The position numbers were made by a program, and so were the translations under genes. From Eledone cirrhosa (lineage: Eukaryota), in NCBI GenBank assembly GCA_964016885.1, contig OZ024741.1, forward strand, positions 391,220,001 through 391,284,000: a stretch of 64,000 nt of DNA. The letters are read 5' to 3'. The notes under the pieces were generated by a model, which saw nothing but the letters and a program-made list of their open reading frames with translations, did not search any database and was not told where the DNA came from. Position 1 is the stretch's first letter. Each line of letters opens with the position of its first letter. Below, piece by piece: positions 26,941 to 41,200 of this stretch.

Positions 26941-29900
26941 GGCGACCTACGTAGTAAATCGTATCATCATGAGCTCCGCAAAGGTTTGTTATTTTCAGTT
27001 ATTTAAAATTGCCATTTATGGAAATTTTTTATTGTTAACTGTATATAAGTGCACATACATTGATTTCTGAAAAGGACACTCAAAAATATTGGGGCCTTGA
27101 GCCCAAAATTAAAACTTTTTATAATTATCAAACAAAAAAAAATTTCTTTGAAAAATCATGGCTGACTCAGTGTCACACCTTCCTCACAAACTAACACCTC
27201 ACACCGACACCACCATTGTAAATGTTACTACGTTTGCCAACACTAAAAATATAAGCAGTAGCAATATTTTAAATTTGTCTCAGCCAGACATTCATTTCCC
27301 GCCATTACCAATGACTGCAGGTGTTAAAGCCGCCACCCCCACCACAGTGACAACCCCCCTCACTACCACCACCACCACCACAGCGACGACACCCACCACC
27401 ACCACCACAGCAACAACAGAAACAAAAGAAAAAAATAAATTAACTCGTGATATCGAAATGAATTCAACCAAAATGAACTCTTCCACACCGAACACCACTA
27501 ACGCCACCACCACTGACGCCACCACCACCACAACTGAAACTAAAATTAACAATAACAAAAATAACGATAACAACAACAGCAACAATGAAATTAAGAAAAC
27601 TACCCTGAGTTTTGCCAGAGTAGCAAAAACGTGCGAAGCGATCCAGGTAACTCAGGAAGAATTAGAAGAAGCCAAAAGAATGGCAAAGAAAGATGGGTAC
27701 AAGGTCAGCCTCCCCCCCCACCTAATAAAAATGGAGCATCGTCGCCTATGCACCGTGTCTTATCGGACAATTAACATAAAATCGCGCCGAGTGGAACGGG
27801 CATCCGAGTCCCAAATCCCAAAAGCTTTGGGACATGTGTGGGCAAAGAAAAACCCACATCAGACGTGGGAAGAAATATGGAACCGTGGACGTGTTCTTTG
27901 AAACACCACAGGAGGCCAGAGAACACTCCATGGCCCCATAAGAAGTGACGACTTCACACTCGTCCCAAGCTATTGTGGCCAGAGACTTGTGAAGATCAGG
28001 GTGATCCACGTTCCACCGGCCATCGAAATTTCCTGGCTAATGGCTGCCGTCCTCGCCGGCATCGAGGCCTACACCAAGATAATCGAAATAGCGAAAGAAA
28101 AGCAGGAGAACTGGTCCGGATCTGGGATGGAGCTCCTGATCCAAGCGGACCATAAAAGCATTGAGGAGATCCCAGAGGTAATAGACCTCAGTGACGGCAG
28201 CCACCTCACCGTAATCGTCGAGGGCAGAAGGCCTAGGTGTGTCGTTTGTGGTGAAGGAACCCACCTAAGGGCTTTCTGCCCTCAGGCTAAAAGGTTGAGG
28301 CCACCTCTCCTACCCACCCAGTGACTCAACCATCAACACCACCAGCAGCAGAAATGGCAGCAACAACTGTAGCAGCAACAACAGAAGCAACTGTAACAGC
28401 AACAACCCCAGCAACAGTAGCAAAACCAACACCACCACCACCCAACGCGCCAGAACTAGCATAGCGCCTACACCATCCACCACGCCACAACCAAAACCAA
28501 CGCCTGTGGAGGATTTTCCCCGGCTTATCGCAACTGGAGACAGATTGTGACGACGAGTGGGAAACGGTATCAGGAAAAAAAAAAAGAAACCAAAAAAGAA
28601 AAAATTCTCTTCCTTCCCCCTCCAAAAACAAAATACAGAGGGAAACAAATAAATTATCCAACAAAAAAGTTAGGACAGATATGCCACCATCCACACCAGC
28701 ATCACCAACCCCATCACCACAAACACCAACACCATCATTAACCCCAACACCACCATCACCAACACCACAAAAGTCACCAAAAAGAGTAACAGAAACAAAC
28801 CCACAACAAACGCAAACAAAACAAAACAACCAAAACGATACACACTACACAGCATTAAATTTGAACAACAACCAATTATTATACTACATTCAACACAACA
28901 CCAGCATCACAGAAAAAGACTACACAACAACCCAAAAGTTCACACCACCTCCACACATACAAATCACTCGCATCACACAGAAAACGTACACGACACTAAA
29001 ACAAAAATTCCCCAAAGACATCGGAGACTTCCGACAAACACTCTCCAGGAGGATTTATAAGGACATCCTTCCTGAGGAGGCAACAAGCAGTGAAAAGGAT
29101 GAACAAACCATCCTTCCTCTACGAGAAGTAAAGTCTTTCCCATCTTTTCCACTCCATTTCAACATGACCACACTCAGAATAGGCAGCATAAATGCGCGTG
29201 GCTTGGGGTCGTCATGGAAGCAGGGCCACCTGCTCAACGACCTCAAGTCACTAAACATAGATGTAGTGGCCATCAGCGAGACCAGAATCTCCGAAGCACG
29301 GGCCTTCCCACCGATCTTCGGCGGCTACGATGTGTACGCATCTCCCAGCCGTCCTGGATCGGGGGGAGGAGTTGCTGTGCTTTTTCGGAGAGGTTTGGAT
29401 CTCGCCATACGGGCCATCTTCCTGGACCCAGAAGGTAAGTTGGTGGTGCTAGACGTGACCAGCGGAGACGGGCAAGCTTTCACACTAGTGGCCGTCTATG
29501 CCCCGACAGGAGCAGGGCGGCCTGATTTCTTCCGGCGTCTGGAGACCTTTCTTGGAACGTCCCGCTCTTTAGTGTTAGTGGGCGACTGGAAGGGGATCTT
29601 AGATGCACGCTGGGACTGTGTGGGATTAGCGGATAGGGGAGGAGGGTGCAAGAGCCTCACGAACCTGCATTTTGAACTGTCTGACAGGTACCGATTGGAT
29701 TTCCCGATGTGGACTTGGACAAATCGCATAGGGTCATCCAGATCATATCTAGATAGAGTATTTTGTAGGGAAATAGATATCTAGCATAGGCTGTCCACAA
29801 TTCAAGATAGTCAGCTACACGGACCACAAATTCGTGATCTGTGTGCTTGACTTAGATAGGCCTCATAGACGAGGACCCGGCTACTGGAAGTTAAACGCGT

Positions 29901-32811
29901 CCTTACCAGCGCGCAAGGCCTACAGAGACCGGATTAGCGAACTAGTTAAGCGGGCGTTGACGGAGGCCATCGTCAACAAGAAGTGGTGGTTTGCTCTGAA
30001 AAGAGCAATTAGAATAGAGTCCATTAGGTTTAGTAAGACTTTAGCAATAGAGAAAAATAGAGCAGAGGGAGAATTAGTTATAAAATTAGATGAGGCGCTT
30101 AGCAAAGGCATCGCGACCGACGTACTTGCGGCGAAATTGGCCCTTGACCAATTCTTCAATGCAAAGCACGAAGGCTGCGTTGTCAGAGCTAGGGTGCGTG
30201 CTCTCTCAGACACGAGGGGACGAAAGCCGTTCAATGGGCCCGAGTGGCGGAGGCGCGTCGTGGCAACAAAGCCACGATCCGGTCTTTGGTGGACCACGAC
30301 GGGCGCATGCTACTCGATCCCGGGTAAATGTGTGAAGCTTTTCAGCGACACTTCGCTCAACTGTTCGGGGGCAGTGGCGGGCCGGATCGAGGGATGGACT
30401 TTAGTGTCTACCTCGACGGACTGCCGCGGCTTTCGGCCACTGAGGCGGAGTGTTGCGAAAAGCCGATAACAACCGCTGAAGTACAGGATGCAATGACTAG
30501 TTGCACAAGGGGTAAATCGCCTGGTTTGGATGGTCTGCCCTATGAACTTTACGTACAAATGCCAAACTTGTTCGGAGGCCTCTTGGCGGACGTCTACTGC
30601 AACTGGCAACAAAACGGGAGAATTCCCAGCTCTGTGAGCCGAGGAGCGGTGGCGCTGCTGAGAAAGGATCCGAACAAGGGGGATAACATAGATAATTTTA
30701 GGCCCATAACTCTGCTAAACACAGAGTTCAAGATTTTGGCCAAGGTGCTAGCAAAGAGGTTGGCGCCTGTCGTTGGTGGTCTGGTGGGAGAGGCGCAGAC
30801 ATGCGCCATTCCCGACAGATCCATCCACGACAACCTCCACCTCATGCGATACATCGTAGAGAGGGTAGCTAGGGAACCTGGCACGGGTGGGTCTTTGATC
30901 AATTTAGATCAGTCGAAAGCCTTCGATAGGGTCGACCATCGTTACCTAGCGGCAGTCCTGAGGGCGGCTGGCTTTGGGCCCGTCTTCAGAGGCTGGATCG
31001 CTGCCATGCACAGCGAAATCTCCTATGTAGTGAGAGTGAACGGTCACCTTTCGGAACCGTTCAACATCATGCGCTCGGTCCGCCAAGGATGTCCCCTCTC
31101 GTCCCTATTGTACGTATTGACTCTCGAGCCATTACTGCACAAACTGGAGACGTTGAGGGGGGTCCCGCGCGAACTAGGATGCGGAAGATCCGTGTCAGCA
31201 TATGCCGACGATGTCACCGTAGTGGTGTCGAACGCCAAACACATCGAGGCGATCGGCACTACACTAAGAGAATACGAAGCGGTGACAGGAGCAATGATCA
31301 ACCAGGAAAAGTCAGTGGGCCTGCAGCTCTGCACCTGGAGAGGCAGGTCCATGCCGTCCAACAGCGTCGTCGGGCGCTGGACAGACGGACCGGTTAAATT
31401 GCTAGGGGTCTGGTTCGGTCCAGACCGCCAGACGGACAAAAACTGGGACGAGGGGACGAGCAGGGTGGCTTCTCTCACCCAGAAATGGGCCGAGAGGAAG
31501 CTATCCCTGAAAGGTCGAGCGGAGGTGGCGAATGCGTACATCGCATCCGTCATCTACTACCGCCTGACCGTCGTACCTTGTCCTAAGCCCCGCCTGACTG
31601 CGCTGGAGCGTTTGCTCTTTCGCTTCTTGTGGAAGGGACGCGCTCCGATGGTCAGGCGGTCCATCTGCTGTCAACACCGCTACGTGGAGGGCTGGGCATG
31701 CCGTGGCTGATGATGCGCAGACACGCGCTCAGGCTACGACATCTCCACCTCTTCCTCGACGGTGATCAGGTGTGGTCGCCGTTTGCTAGACGCGTTTTTC
31801 CCCAGCTCGTCTCCTTGACGGAGCTGCAGTCCTGGGTCAAGCGAAGACCGAGAGGGAGCGCTTGGAGACTGGAATGTCTTCAGGCGCTCACAGCCCTCGA
31901 CCAATCGGGCAATGTGATCGGTGGAAACTCCACCTTGGCGTTCTATAGGGGATTAGTGGAGGGGAAGAGCGACGACGTACTTGGAGAAACTCTAGGCGTC
32001 GACGAAAATCAACTAGCCAATCTCTTCGGAAGGACTTTCGGGCCGGGGCCTATGGACAACTTCCAGAAATCCCTGGCCTAGCAGTGCTACCGAGGAGCTT
32101 TGCCAGTTCGGGATAAACTCTACAGGCATGGAGGTGCCGTCAGCCGGGCATGTCCGAGATGCGCGCAGGGCGACGAAACCGTCCTGCACGCACTCGTCCA
32201 GTGTCCGAGCATTGCTGACTTGTGGGTTTATGTCGAACACCTGCTGTCACGTGTAGGACGGATCCAGCTATCAGCTGAGTCCATCGTGAGGATTTCCCCG
32301 CCCCCTTCCTTTAGCCGGGAAGGGCAGGCAGTTTTTATCTGTCTGGTGGCCATGGCGAAAGAGATAGTATGGTGGACACGTTTGAAAGGGCTGAAGACGA
32401 GCACTTACCTCTTCGGTGATGCCCTGATCAACTTTTTCAAATTTCATTTGAAAAGGAAAATCAAGGTAGAGAGGGAAGTGCTCTCTTCCCAGCATTTTGT
32501 TGAAAGATGGGTGAGAGAAGCAAGTATGGCCCGAATGAATGGGCCTTCTCTGAGCATGTGTCTGTAAATTAAAGGTGGAAAACTGGGAGAGGGCACTTGC
32601 CCTGGTGGTCAGGGCCACTGTGGTCTTTTAATGGGCTTTCTCCACAAATGTCCCTCGGAAGTCTCCCCCCTATTGGGGAATTTTTCTTTGTTATTTTATT
32701 TCAACCTCTGTTTTTTTTTACACGCAGAAATGCCCATTTGTACCGTCCTGTATTGTCCTGTACTGTCTTTAATGTCTACTTTATGTAAACCCTTGTGGTT
32801 AATAAAGAAAA

Positions 32812-32812
<1 letters not shown>
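26941..32812 (+). mobile_element. Full-length Tx1/L1-clade retrotransposon, several frameshifts and stops
   Basis: ORF1 from 27158 (Thr/Pro-rich, zinc knuckle CVVCGEGTHLRAFC); ORF2 from ATG 29164: APE endonuclease (SINARGL, AISET, VYAP, GDW, YLDR, TDH), GYWKLN, RT (KSPGLDG, FRPITLLN, DQSKAFD, QGCPLS, YADD), C-terminal CPRC..ET..H..C; AATAAA then (ATT)n. Confidence 0.95.
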
Positions 32813-32845
<33 letters not shown>

Positions 32846-33162
32846 TGTTGTGATATTATTTCAGGGGTCTATAGCAGGAAGCTTTTGACATCAAATTTTG
32901 GAGCATAGATAGATATGTTTTATACAGCAGATAATGCGATAACTTGACACAAGTAGCATGTTGTTTGTTACGATTAGGAACTTATCAGTTATCTGTTCTC
33001 CGTGTAGAGTGAAGAGAAATGTATTAATGTTTGAAGGTGGAAGATGGAATGCAGTAAGAGGTCGTTGAACATAAATAACTTTCTTTGTTTATCTTGCTGT
33101 AATTGCTCAATTTACGAGATAAACTTCATTCTATTACTATTTTCTGTTATTCTCTTTATATA

Positions 33163-33349
33163 ATTGTTTCTACTTTTGGCACAAGGCCAGCAATTACCAG
33201 TGCATTACTGGTACTTTATTTTATCGACCCCGTAAGGATGAAAGGCAAAGTTAACCTCGGCGGGATTTGAACTCAGATCGTAAAGGGACGCACCTCTATG
33301 CTTCAAAGCATGGTGTCCGACTCTCTACCGATACTGCAAATCCACCGCC
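33163..33349 (-). mobile_element. Full-length SINE family 1 with 15-bp target site duplication
   Basis: tRNA-like head with B box; tattctctttatata at 33148-33162 and 33350-33364. Confidence 0.88.
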
Positions 33350-33364
33350 TATTCTCTTTATATA

Positions 33365-33535
33365 ATTGTTTCTACTTTAGGCACAAGGCCAGCAATTACC
33401 CAGTGCATTACTGGTACTTTATTTTATCGACCCCGTAAGAATGAAAGGCAAAGTCAACCTCGGCGGGATTTGAACTCAGACCGTAAAGGGACGTAACTAT
33501 GCTGGAAAGCATGGCGTCCGACCCTCTACCGATAA
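33365..33535 (-). mobile_element. SINE family 1
   Basis: Near-identical to the adjacent copy. Confidence 0.88.
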
Positions 33536-33837
33536 TGGCGGTCGGTGTGCTGTGGTTTGTTTTAACTATCACAACTAGAGCTACAGTAGAGCATAGCTTT
33601 CTGTTCGAACACAGGACGGAAAATTTCTTTCAGTATTTTTTTACGTGTTTAGTTAAAACATCGCCGGTGTCGACTTTTTTTTATCATTCTATGTGTTGAT
33701 TATATAGAGTAGCAGTTAAAAAATAGAGTCCACCTACTGAACAATTAACTCTACTCGTTAAATTAACGTGTATGTCATTGTGTATTTCACATAAATTTCA
33801 AGCAGAATCAATGAAACACAGTATGTAAGAAGATCTT

Positions 33838-34021
33838 GGCGTAGTGCTTAGGGTGCTGGAGATCGATTCCCGGAACGCGCGGCATGTTGTGATTTTGAAC
33901 AAAACACTTTATTTCATGTTGCTTCAGTCCACTCAGCTGGCAAAAATGAGTTGTACCAGTAATTCAAAGAGCCGGACTTTCCACACATTGCGTTTCACTG
34001 AATCTTCTTGAGAATTATGTT
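33838..34021 (+). mobile_element. CORE-type SINE (family 2), degraded
   Basis: ggcgtagtg..tcgattcc head and ttgtg..ttgaacaaaacactttatttca core; homologous to 44636-44943. Confidence 0.65.
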
Positions 34022-34060
34022 GTGTATGTGTGCGTGTGTGAGTTTGTATGTATGTATATG

Positions 34061-34110
<50 letters not shown>

Positions 34111-34145
34111 TATACTTGAGTGTATGTATGTGTGTGTGTGTGTGA

Positions 34146-34226
<81 letters not shown>

Positions 34227-34532
34227 TGTATGTATATATACGCATGTAAAAGTTGAATTTCTTTAATCTTACACACATACGCTCGTGCTTACTTATCTAT
34301 CGCTTGCTTCTGTCATCTTTACTCCGTCCGACTTCACACATGCGCATACAATCACCCCCTAGGTTCCTATGGCTCTGTTATGGTCAGAAACATATACTCT
34401 TACATCTCTTACAGACCAACAAAAAGACCCCCACACACACCTCTATATTTACCTTCACAGCTCTGTACACACACATTTTCTGACACCTTCTACTTACAAA
34501 CACACATACACACACACACAGACACGCACACG

Positions 34533-34607
<75 letters not shown>

Positions 34608-34814
34608 AAATGTAAACGAACGCACACACGTATAGCTCTTTTGCGTGTGATATACTTTTCAAAACAGAACATCATACACAAAACGCCAGCATCAATAGTT
34701 TGCCAATATATGGCAACATGAATGGACCTGATATTTTTCTGTAAAAAATATTTTTCCTTTTCCGCTCTGCCTGTCTACTTAATCTTTCTATTTCTTCTTT
34801 AATTTCTTACTCTA

Positions 34815-34850
34815 TTTTCTAATGAAGGACTAGCGTCCGAAACGTTAAGA
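34815..34850 (+). ncRNA. Degenerate minimal hammerhead
   Basis: ttt CTAATGA aggac tagc gtccG AAAC GTT aaga; one core substitution. Confidence 0.5.
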
Positions 34851-34938
34851 CTCTTTTCCTACTATATCAAGCGTAAAACTTATTATGTATTTCTTCATTG
34901 TAGTGTGTCGTTTGCTTTGTTATTTCTATTTGCCTTTT

Positions 34939-35037
<99 letters not shown>

Positions 35038-35300
35038 CATTCATATATATATATATATACATACATATATATACCAAGTAGTAAAATCGATCCCCTGTAA
35101 AATTCGATTCTTTATTTTTGGCTCCAAATTTGGAATATTCTATGTGTCACATGTTCTAGTCATCTTAAATCATGGACAGCCGCCAGCCGCTCAACGTTTG
35201 TGAATCAATGTATTGTCCTGAACATAAATATTCCGACCAACTTTCTTTTACTACACTATTATGTTCTGATGTACGCAAATGGAAATATAAGAGCTATGCG

Positions 35301-36675
35301 GAATTATTTATGTTTTGAAATATAGAATTATTTATATTTTGATATGTAGAATTATTTATGTTTTGATATGTAGAATTATTTATACTTTGATATGTAGAAT
35401 TATTTATACTTTGATATGTAGAATTATTTATATTTTGATATGTAGAATTATTTATGTTTTGATATGTAGAATTATTTATACTTTGATATATAGAATTATT
35501 TATGTTTTGATATGTAAAATTATTTATGTTTTGATATGTAGAATTATTTATGTTTTGATATGTAGAATTATTTATGTTTTGATATGTAGAATTATTTATG
35601 TTTTGATATATAGAATTATTTATGTTTTGATATGTAGAATTATTTATACTTTGATATATAGAATTATTTATATTTTGATATGTAGAATTATTTATACTTT
35701 GATATATAGAATTATTTATGTTTTGATATGTAGAATTATTTATGTTTTGATATGTAGAATTATTTATGTTTTGATATGTAGAATTATTTATGTTTTGATA
35801 TGTAGAATTATTTATGTTTTGATATATAGAATTATTTATGTTTTGATATGTAGAATTATTTATACTTTGATATATAGAATTATTTATATTTTGATATGTA
35901 GAATTATTTATACTTTGATATATAGAATTATTTATATTTTGATATGTAGAATTATTTATACTTTGATATATAGAATTATTTATGTTTTGATATGTAGAAT
36001 TATTTATACTTTGATATATAGAATTATTTATATTTTGATATGTAGAATTATTTATGTTTTGATATGTAGAATTATTTATACTTTGATATGTAGAATTATT
36101 TATACTTTGATATATAGAATTATTTATATTTTGATATGTAGAATTATTTATACTTTGATATATAGAATTATTTATATTTTGATATGTAGAATTATTTATG
36201 TTTTGATATATAGAATTATTTATATTTTGATATGTAGAATTATTTATACTTTGATATGTAGAATTATTTATGTTTTGATATGTAGAATTATTTATATTTT
36301 GATATGTAGAATTATTTATACTTTGATATGTAGAATTATTTATATTTTGATATGTAGAATTATTTATGTTTTGATATATAGAATTATTTATATTTTGATA
36401 TGTAGAATTATTTATACTTTGATATGTAGAATTATTTATGTTTTGATATGTAGAATTATTTATATTTTGATATGTAGAATTATTTATACTTTGATATGTA
36501 GAATTATTTATATTTTGATATGTAGAATTATTTATGTTTTGATATATAGAATTATTTATATTTTGATATGTAGAATTATTTATACTTTGATATGTAGAAT
36601 TATTTATGTTTTGATATGTAGAATTATTTATATTTTGATATGTAGAATTATTTATGTTTTGATATGTAGAATTAT
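35301..36675. repeat. 24-bp minisatellite, about 57 copies
   Basis: Unit GATAT(G/A)TAGAATTATTTAT(GT/AC/AT)TTT repeated without indels. Confidence 0.98.
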
Positions 36676-36884
36676 CAGAATAACTACTGTAATTAATTGT
36701 TTTTACTCTTATTCATTTAGAATCTATTTAGACCTCTACTTATGTATACGATATTTAGGATTGTAGTGTGAACTTCAGGACCATCGAAAGTAGTATCAAT
36801 GTAATAGTCGTCTACATAAATTTTGCCTTAAAAAATAGTTTAAAAAATTCAACTTTTACATGAGTGTGTGTGTATATACATACA

Positions 36885-38192
36885 TGTGACATAGACCGCC
36901 TTTACTTGAAACGTAAGCAGGGAGGGAGAGGCCTAACATCAGTCCAGACAACATTTGAATGTCGCATCATATCTCTCCGACAACATCTACAACCCTCGAA
37001 GCGTAGGAGCCCGTTTCTCGAGCAAGTCTATCTGCATGAAACAGATAAGATCATGAGAGTTGGGAAGGAACTCCTCGAGAGATATTCCCTGTGTGATAAT
37101 CAAAAACTCACACACAGGGATGTCGCTCAGCAGTATCGCAGTGAATCCATGGATGAAAAACTACATACTTATCAGCAAAAAAATCATACATGGATATGTT
37201 GCCAGGAAGGTCCAGAGTAAGAGTAATATAGATAAGGAAAGTAGTCTATCTTGGACCAACAACCGCTATATTGGCTCCCACTTTGAAGGATACGCTTTTG
37301 CAATCCAAGAACAGGAGATTAACACGAAATACCTGATTAAAAAAAGAGATAGGGATGCAGGCAAAACACCTAGATGTGATAACAAGTGCAGACTCTGCAG
37401 AACTAACATCGAGGATATGACCCATGTCATCAGCAGCTGTCCAAAGATGTCATCGCGGCACTATCTACCTATGAGGTATGATGTAGTGTACGATGCAGTT
37501 CGTAAAAAAGATAGCCCTGATAATTAAACACATTAAAAGCTACAGCAATGTGGAAGACATCCATGTACATAATATAAAAGAGTACTGGTGGAATGTTCCA
37601 GTAAAAACCCCAATAAAATGCAGGCATAACAGACCAGGTATTATGATATGGGACAGGGGGAAGAAAACATGCACAGTAGTGGAAATTAGCTGCCCAGCAG
37701 ATGCCAGTATAATATCAAAGATTAGCAAAAAGGAGAATATGTATGCAGAACTGATGAGAAATCTGCAGATACTCCACCCTGATTACACCTTCAGATTTAT
37801 GCCTGTGATTATTGGGGCACTGGGGTATGTTAGTAACTGCCTCAATACAAATCTTGAGAAGCTAGGCTTCACAGGAACAGAAAGAACACAACTAGTTAGG
37901 AAATTACAAGTACAATCCATTAATGGAACAGGAAAAATATGTAAAACATTCCACAAATTTTGCATCTAATAACAGCATATACACATGTACAGATACAAAA
38001 CATGTACACATGCACACATACAACTCAAACATCCAGATCCACACATACAATAACATCCATATCTACACATGCATACATACATATCTACCTAGTTGATGTT
38101 GTGTAAATTCCAATCAGAGAGTCTTGTGTCTATGTTAGAAACCGACTCTCTCTCTATTGGTAAAACTTTGTGAAATTCTAAAACCAGAAGAA
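36885..38192 (+). mobile_element. 5'-truncated R4-like RLE element (family C) ending in (ACAT)n
   Basis: DIDRLYLKRKQGGRGL, AIQEQEI, CRLC..ED..H..C, HNRP..VEISCP, PVIIGALG; 3' end aaaccagaaga + CATA repeats. Confidence 0.88.
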
Positions 38193-38250
38193 CATACATA
38201 CTTACATACATACATACTTACATATACATACATACATGCGTACATACATA

Positions 38251-41200
38251 AACGCTAATGGCGACCTTATGGTCAGTCCGATGATTGAACGTATGTAATT
38301 ACAGCTTATATGAAGACAACCATATATTGGAAAAGTTGAGCTACATATTGCGGTAAGATTACATACAATATTTCTACATAGTGTTTGAACTGTAAATATA
38401 TTGCAACACATCTATTTATATGAACGATACATTGATTTTAACATATAAACGTTACATAGATTTTGACATATAAACTTTACATAGATTTTAACATATAAAT
38501 ATAGCATTGTTATATTACATTCATAAAGAAATATACTAAGTAATGTTACAAAACGCATCACCAAATAAAAAAAAGAAGAAAACGCTAAATATAAACGTTT
38601 AAAATACAGTTGTAGAATTAAAAACGAGCTGAAAGGAAATATTACTCAAGCTGTGAACAACTTTAAACTTGATTATGACAAAACTTTGTCGAAACTTTTA
38701 AAGAAGATCATCGTCTATTTTGAAAAATAAATGCTAAATATTAGTGAATAAACGAACTCATTATGGCAAAACGTGTAAGTTCCCTTCGATCAATCCGCAG
38801 CTACAACCATTGTATACAATGGAGCTATGGTCTCAACAAAGATTTATATGAAGCATACAAACAATCAGACCCCAAAAAGTTTGGTTTTATGCAGAGGCTA
38901 AACACTTGGTGGAACTCCAAACACCCAGAATTAGACTTTTCCCCAAAACATTTAAATGAACAAGAAAAAACGTATCGTTAGATGTAAATTGATACATCTA
39001 ACGGAACTGAGTGACACTATTGAAGACAATCATTCCACTTCCATTGACAGACAGAGAGAATGGTCAGCTAAATCTAGCAATAAACAGTACACCAACAACG
39101 TAGCTGACATCCACCCCGCTTCCACTGATGAACAGAGAGAATGGTCAGCTGAATCTAGCAGTGCAGCACACCAACAACGTAGCTGAAATCCATAATTCTA
39201 GTGTACAAACAGAACACCAAAAATTTGTGGGCATATTACAAGTGATATGGGATGATATGTTTCTAGAGGTACGCAGCCTTAATGTGAGTAACAGACCATA
39301 CAACACCAGAATCAGTAAACAACCCACTAAATTGGAATTGGAAGCAGTAAACGAAATATCTGACAATTATCTGAAGGCCACACGATCCAAAGGTGTGGAA
39401 ACGACATATGAATTGCTTAATATTTTGTTATATGTTTCACCTATCACATTGCAATCCTATCATAAACAATTAAAACCGCGCAACCAAGATACAAACCAGC
39501 TGGGATGCGTAATTAAAAAAACAAAATTTTGTCCCTGAGACGAAGTATCGCACAGATCACTGTAATTATAAAATGCAACATAGAGAGCAACTTCACACGA
39601 CATCAGGAGGACTTAAGAAAAAAACTAGAGAGGTGATTTGGAGATACGAAATTTAAAACTCTAAACTCCAAACTACACCAGTTAAAACAACAACTCACAG
39701 CTGCAGTAGAAAGACTAAAATATAAGTCAGCACATAAACGGCAAGTGCTAATAGTTTATTTGCCAGAGATCCTAAGCCAGTTTATCGCAGCTTCAATGGG
39801 AAAAGCTCAATCTCTGTAAATGACACCCCTACAAAATAACAGGTTGAGAGCTACTGGAGATCTGTATGGGAAACGAATGATGGATTTAGCAAACAAACTA
39901 AATGGCTAAAAGAATTGGAACAGGAATACTGCCAGCATGTCCAGACAAAACAATATGACATAGATGGGTCGATACTGGAAACAGCTCAGCAGAAAATGTC
40001 GAATAGGAAATCACCAGGCCCAGGCCTCATAACACGATACTGACTGAAGAATTTCACTTTCTATCGGCAAGATCTCATACGGCTGTTTACAGAAACCATC
40101 AAAGGCACACAAGAACTGCCCTAATGGTTATCAACTGCCACTACACTCCTCATCCCTCAAAATAACCAGACCACCCTTGCTAAAAATTACCGCCCAATAA
40201 CCTGCCAGAACATCATCTATAAATTATACACTGGGTGCCTTAATCTGTTCTTACAGGATCATTGTGCCTTCAACAAAATTATAACACCTGAGCAAGCTGG
40301 TGGAAAGAAAGGGTGTGGGGCTACATAGATCACCTACTAACATGAAATGATACAGGAAAAAACAGCAAAGAATCGCAAGAACATGACTGTGGTGTGGCTT
40401 GACTATCAGATAGTGAACCTCATGGGTGGATTATTAAGGCTTTACAGTTAACCAAAGTCCCACAACCACTAGTAGCTGCTGTTGAACGTCTGACCAAGAA
40501 CTGGTCCTTAGGGGTGAGAAGGAGCAAATTAAGACTGATACAATACACTACCAGAAAGGCATCTTTCAGGGTGATAGCTTATCAGTGCTGCTCTTCGTCC
40601 TCTCACTAAACCCTCTATCATACCTGCTCACAAAACAAAGTGGTCATGGAAGTGGGTCCAGAGGTATCTCCCATCTTTTCTTTGTTGATGATCTGAAGTT
40701 GTATGGGCCAAACATCAACTATATTAAAAGACAATTGAACCTCATTACACAATTTTCTGAAGATATCAGAATGAAATTTGGTGAATGCAAATGTGCATAT
40801 TTGACAGTAAAACGTGGAAGGGGTGTGCCCTCCTCTGGAAATCTAGAGCTGAACGGCTTGACAATACAACCTCTACCGTCAGGTGACAAATACAGATATC
40901 TTGGACAGGATGAAAATGTCAGATATGGTGGACCCATAAAGAAGGAGAGAACCAGAACAGAATACCTCTGGAGAGTAAAGAAAATATGGTCATCAGAACT
41001 ATCAGCGTACAACAAATACATTGCCCACAATACTTATGCTGTGCCAATCCTAACGCAAACATTTAGCCTGCTGAACTGGTCATTGCAAGAACTAAGTAAG
41101 ATGGATATAAGAACTCGCAAGCTTTTCAGTGTTACTGGAAACTTAAACATCAATGGTGATGTGGATAAGCTACACTTCTCATACAAGGAAGGTGGCCAGT

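Noticed and set aside
27158-28860. Mucin-like Thr/Pro-rich host protein
   Set aside because: Low-complexity parts of Tx1 ORF1, flanking a gag-type zinc knuckle and upstream of ORF2
33260-33349. tRNA gene
   Set aside because: tRNA-like head continues into SINE core and tail; no complete cloverleaf; multi-copy with target duplication
35301-36675. CRISPR-like array
   Set aside because: Contiguous units with no unique spacers, no cas genes, eukaryotic context
35315-36766. 483-aa ORF of (ICRIIYVL)n
   Set aside because: Arises from a 24-bp unit lacking stops in one frame; non-ATG start and no sign of coding function
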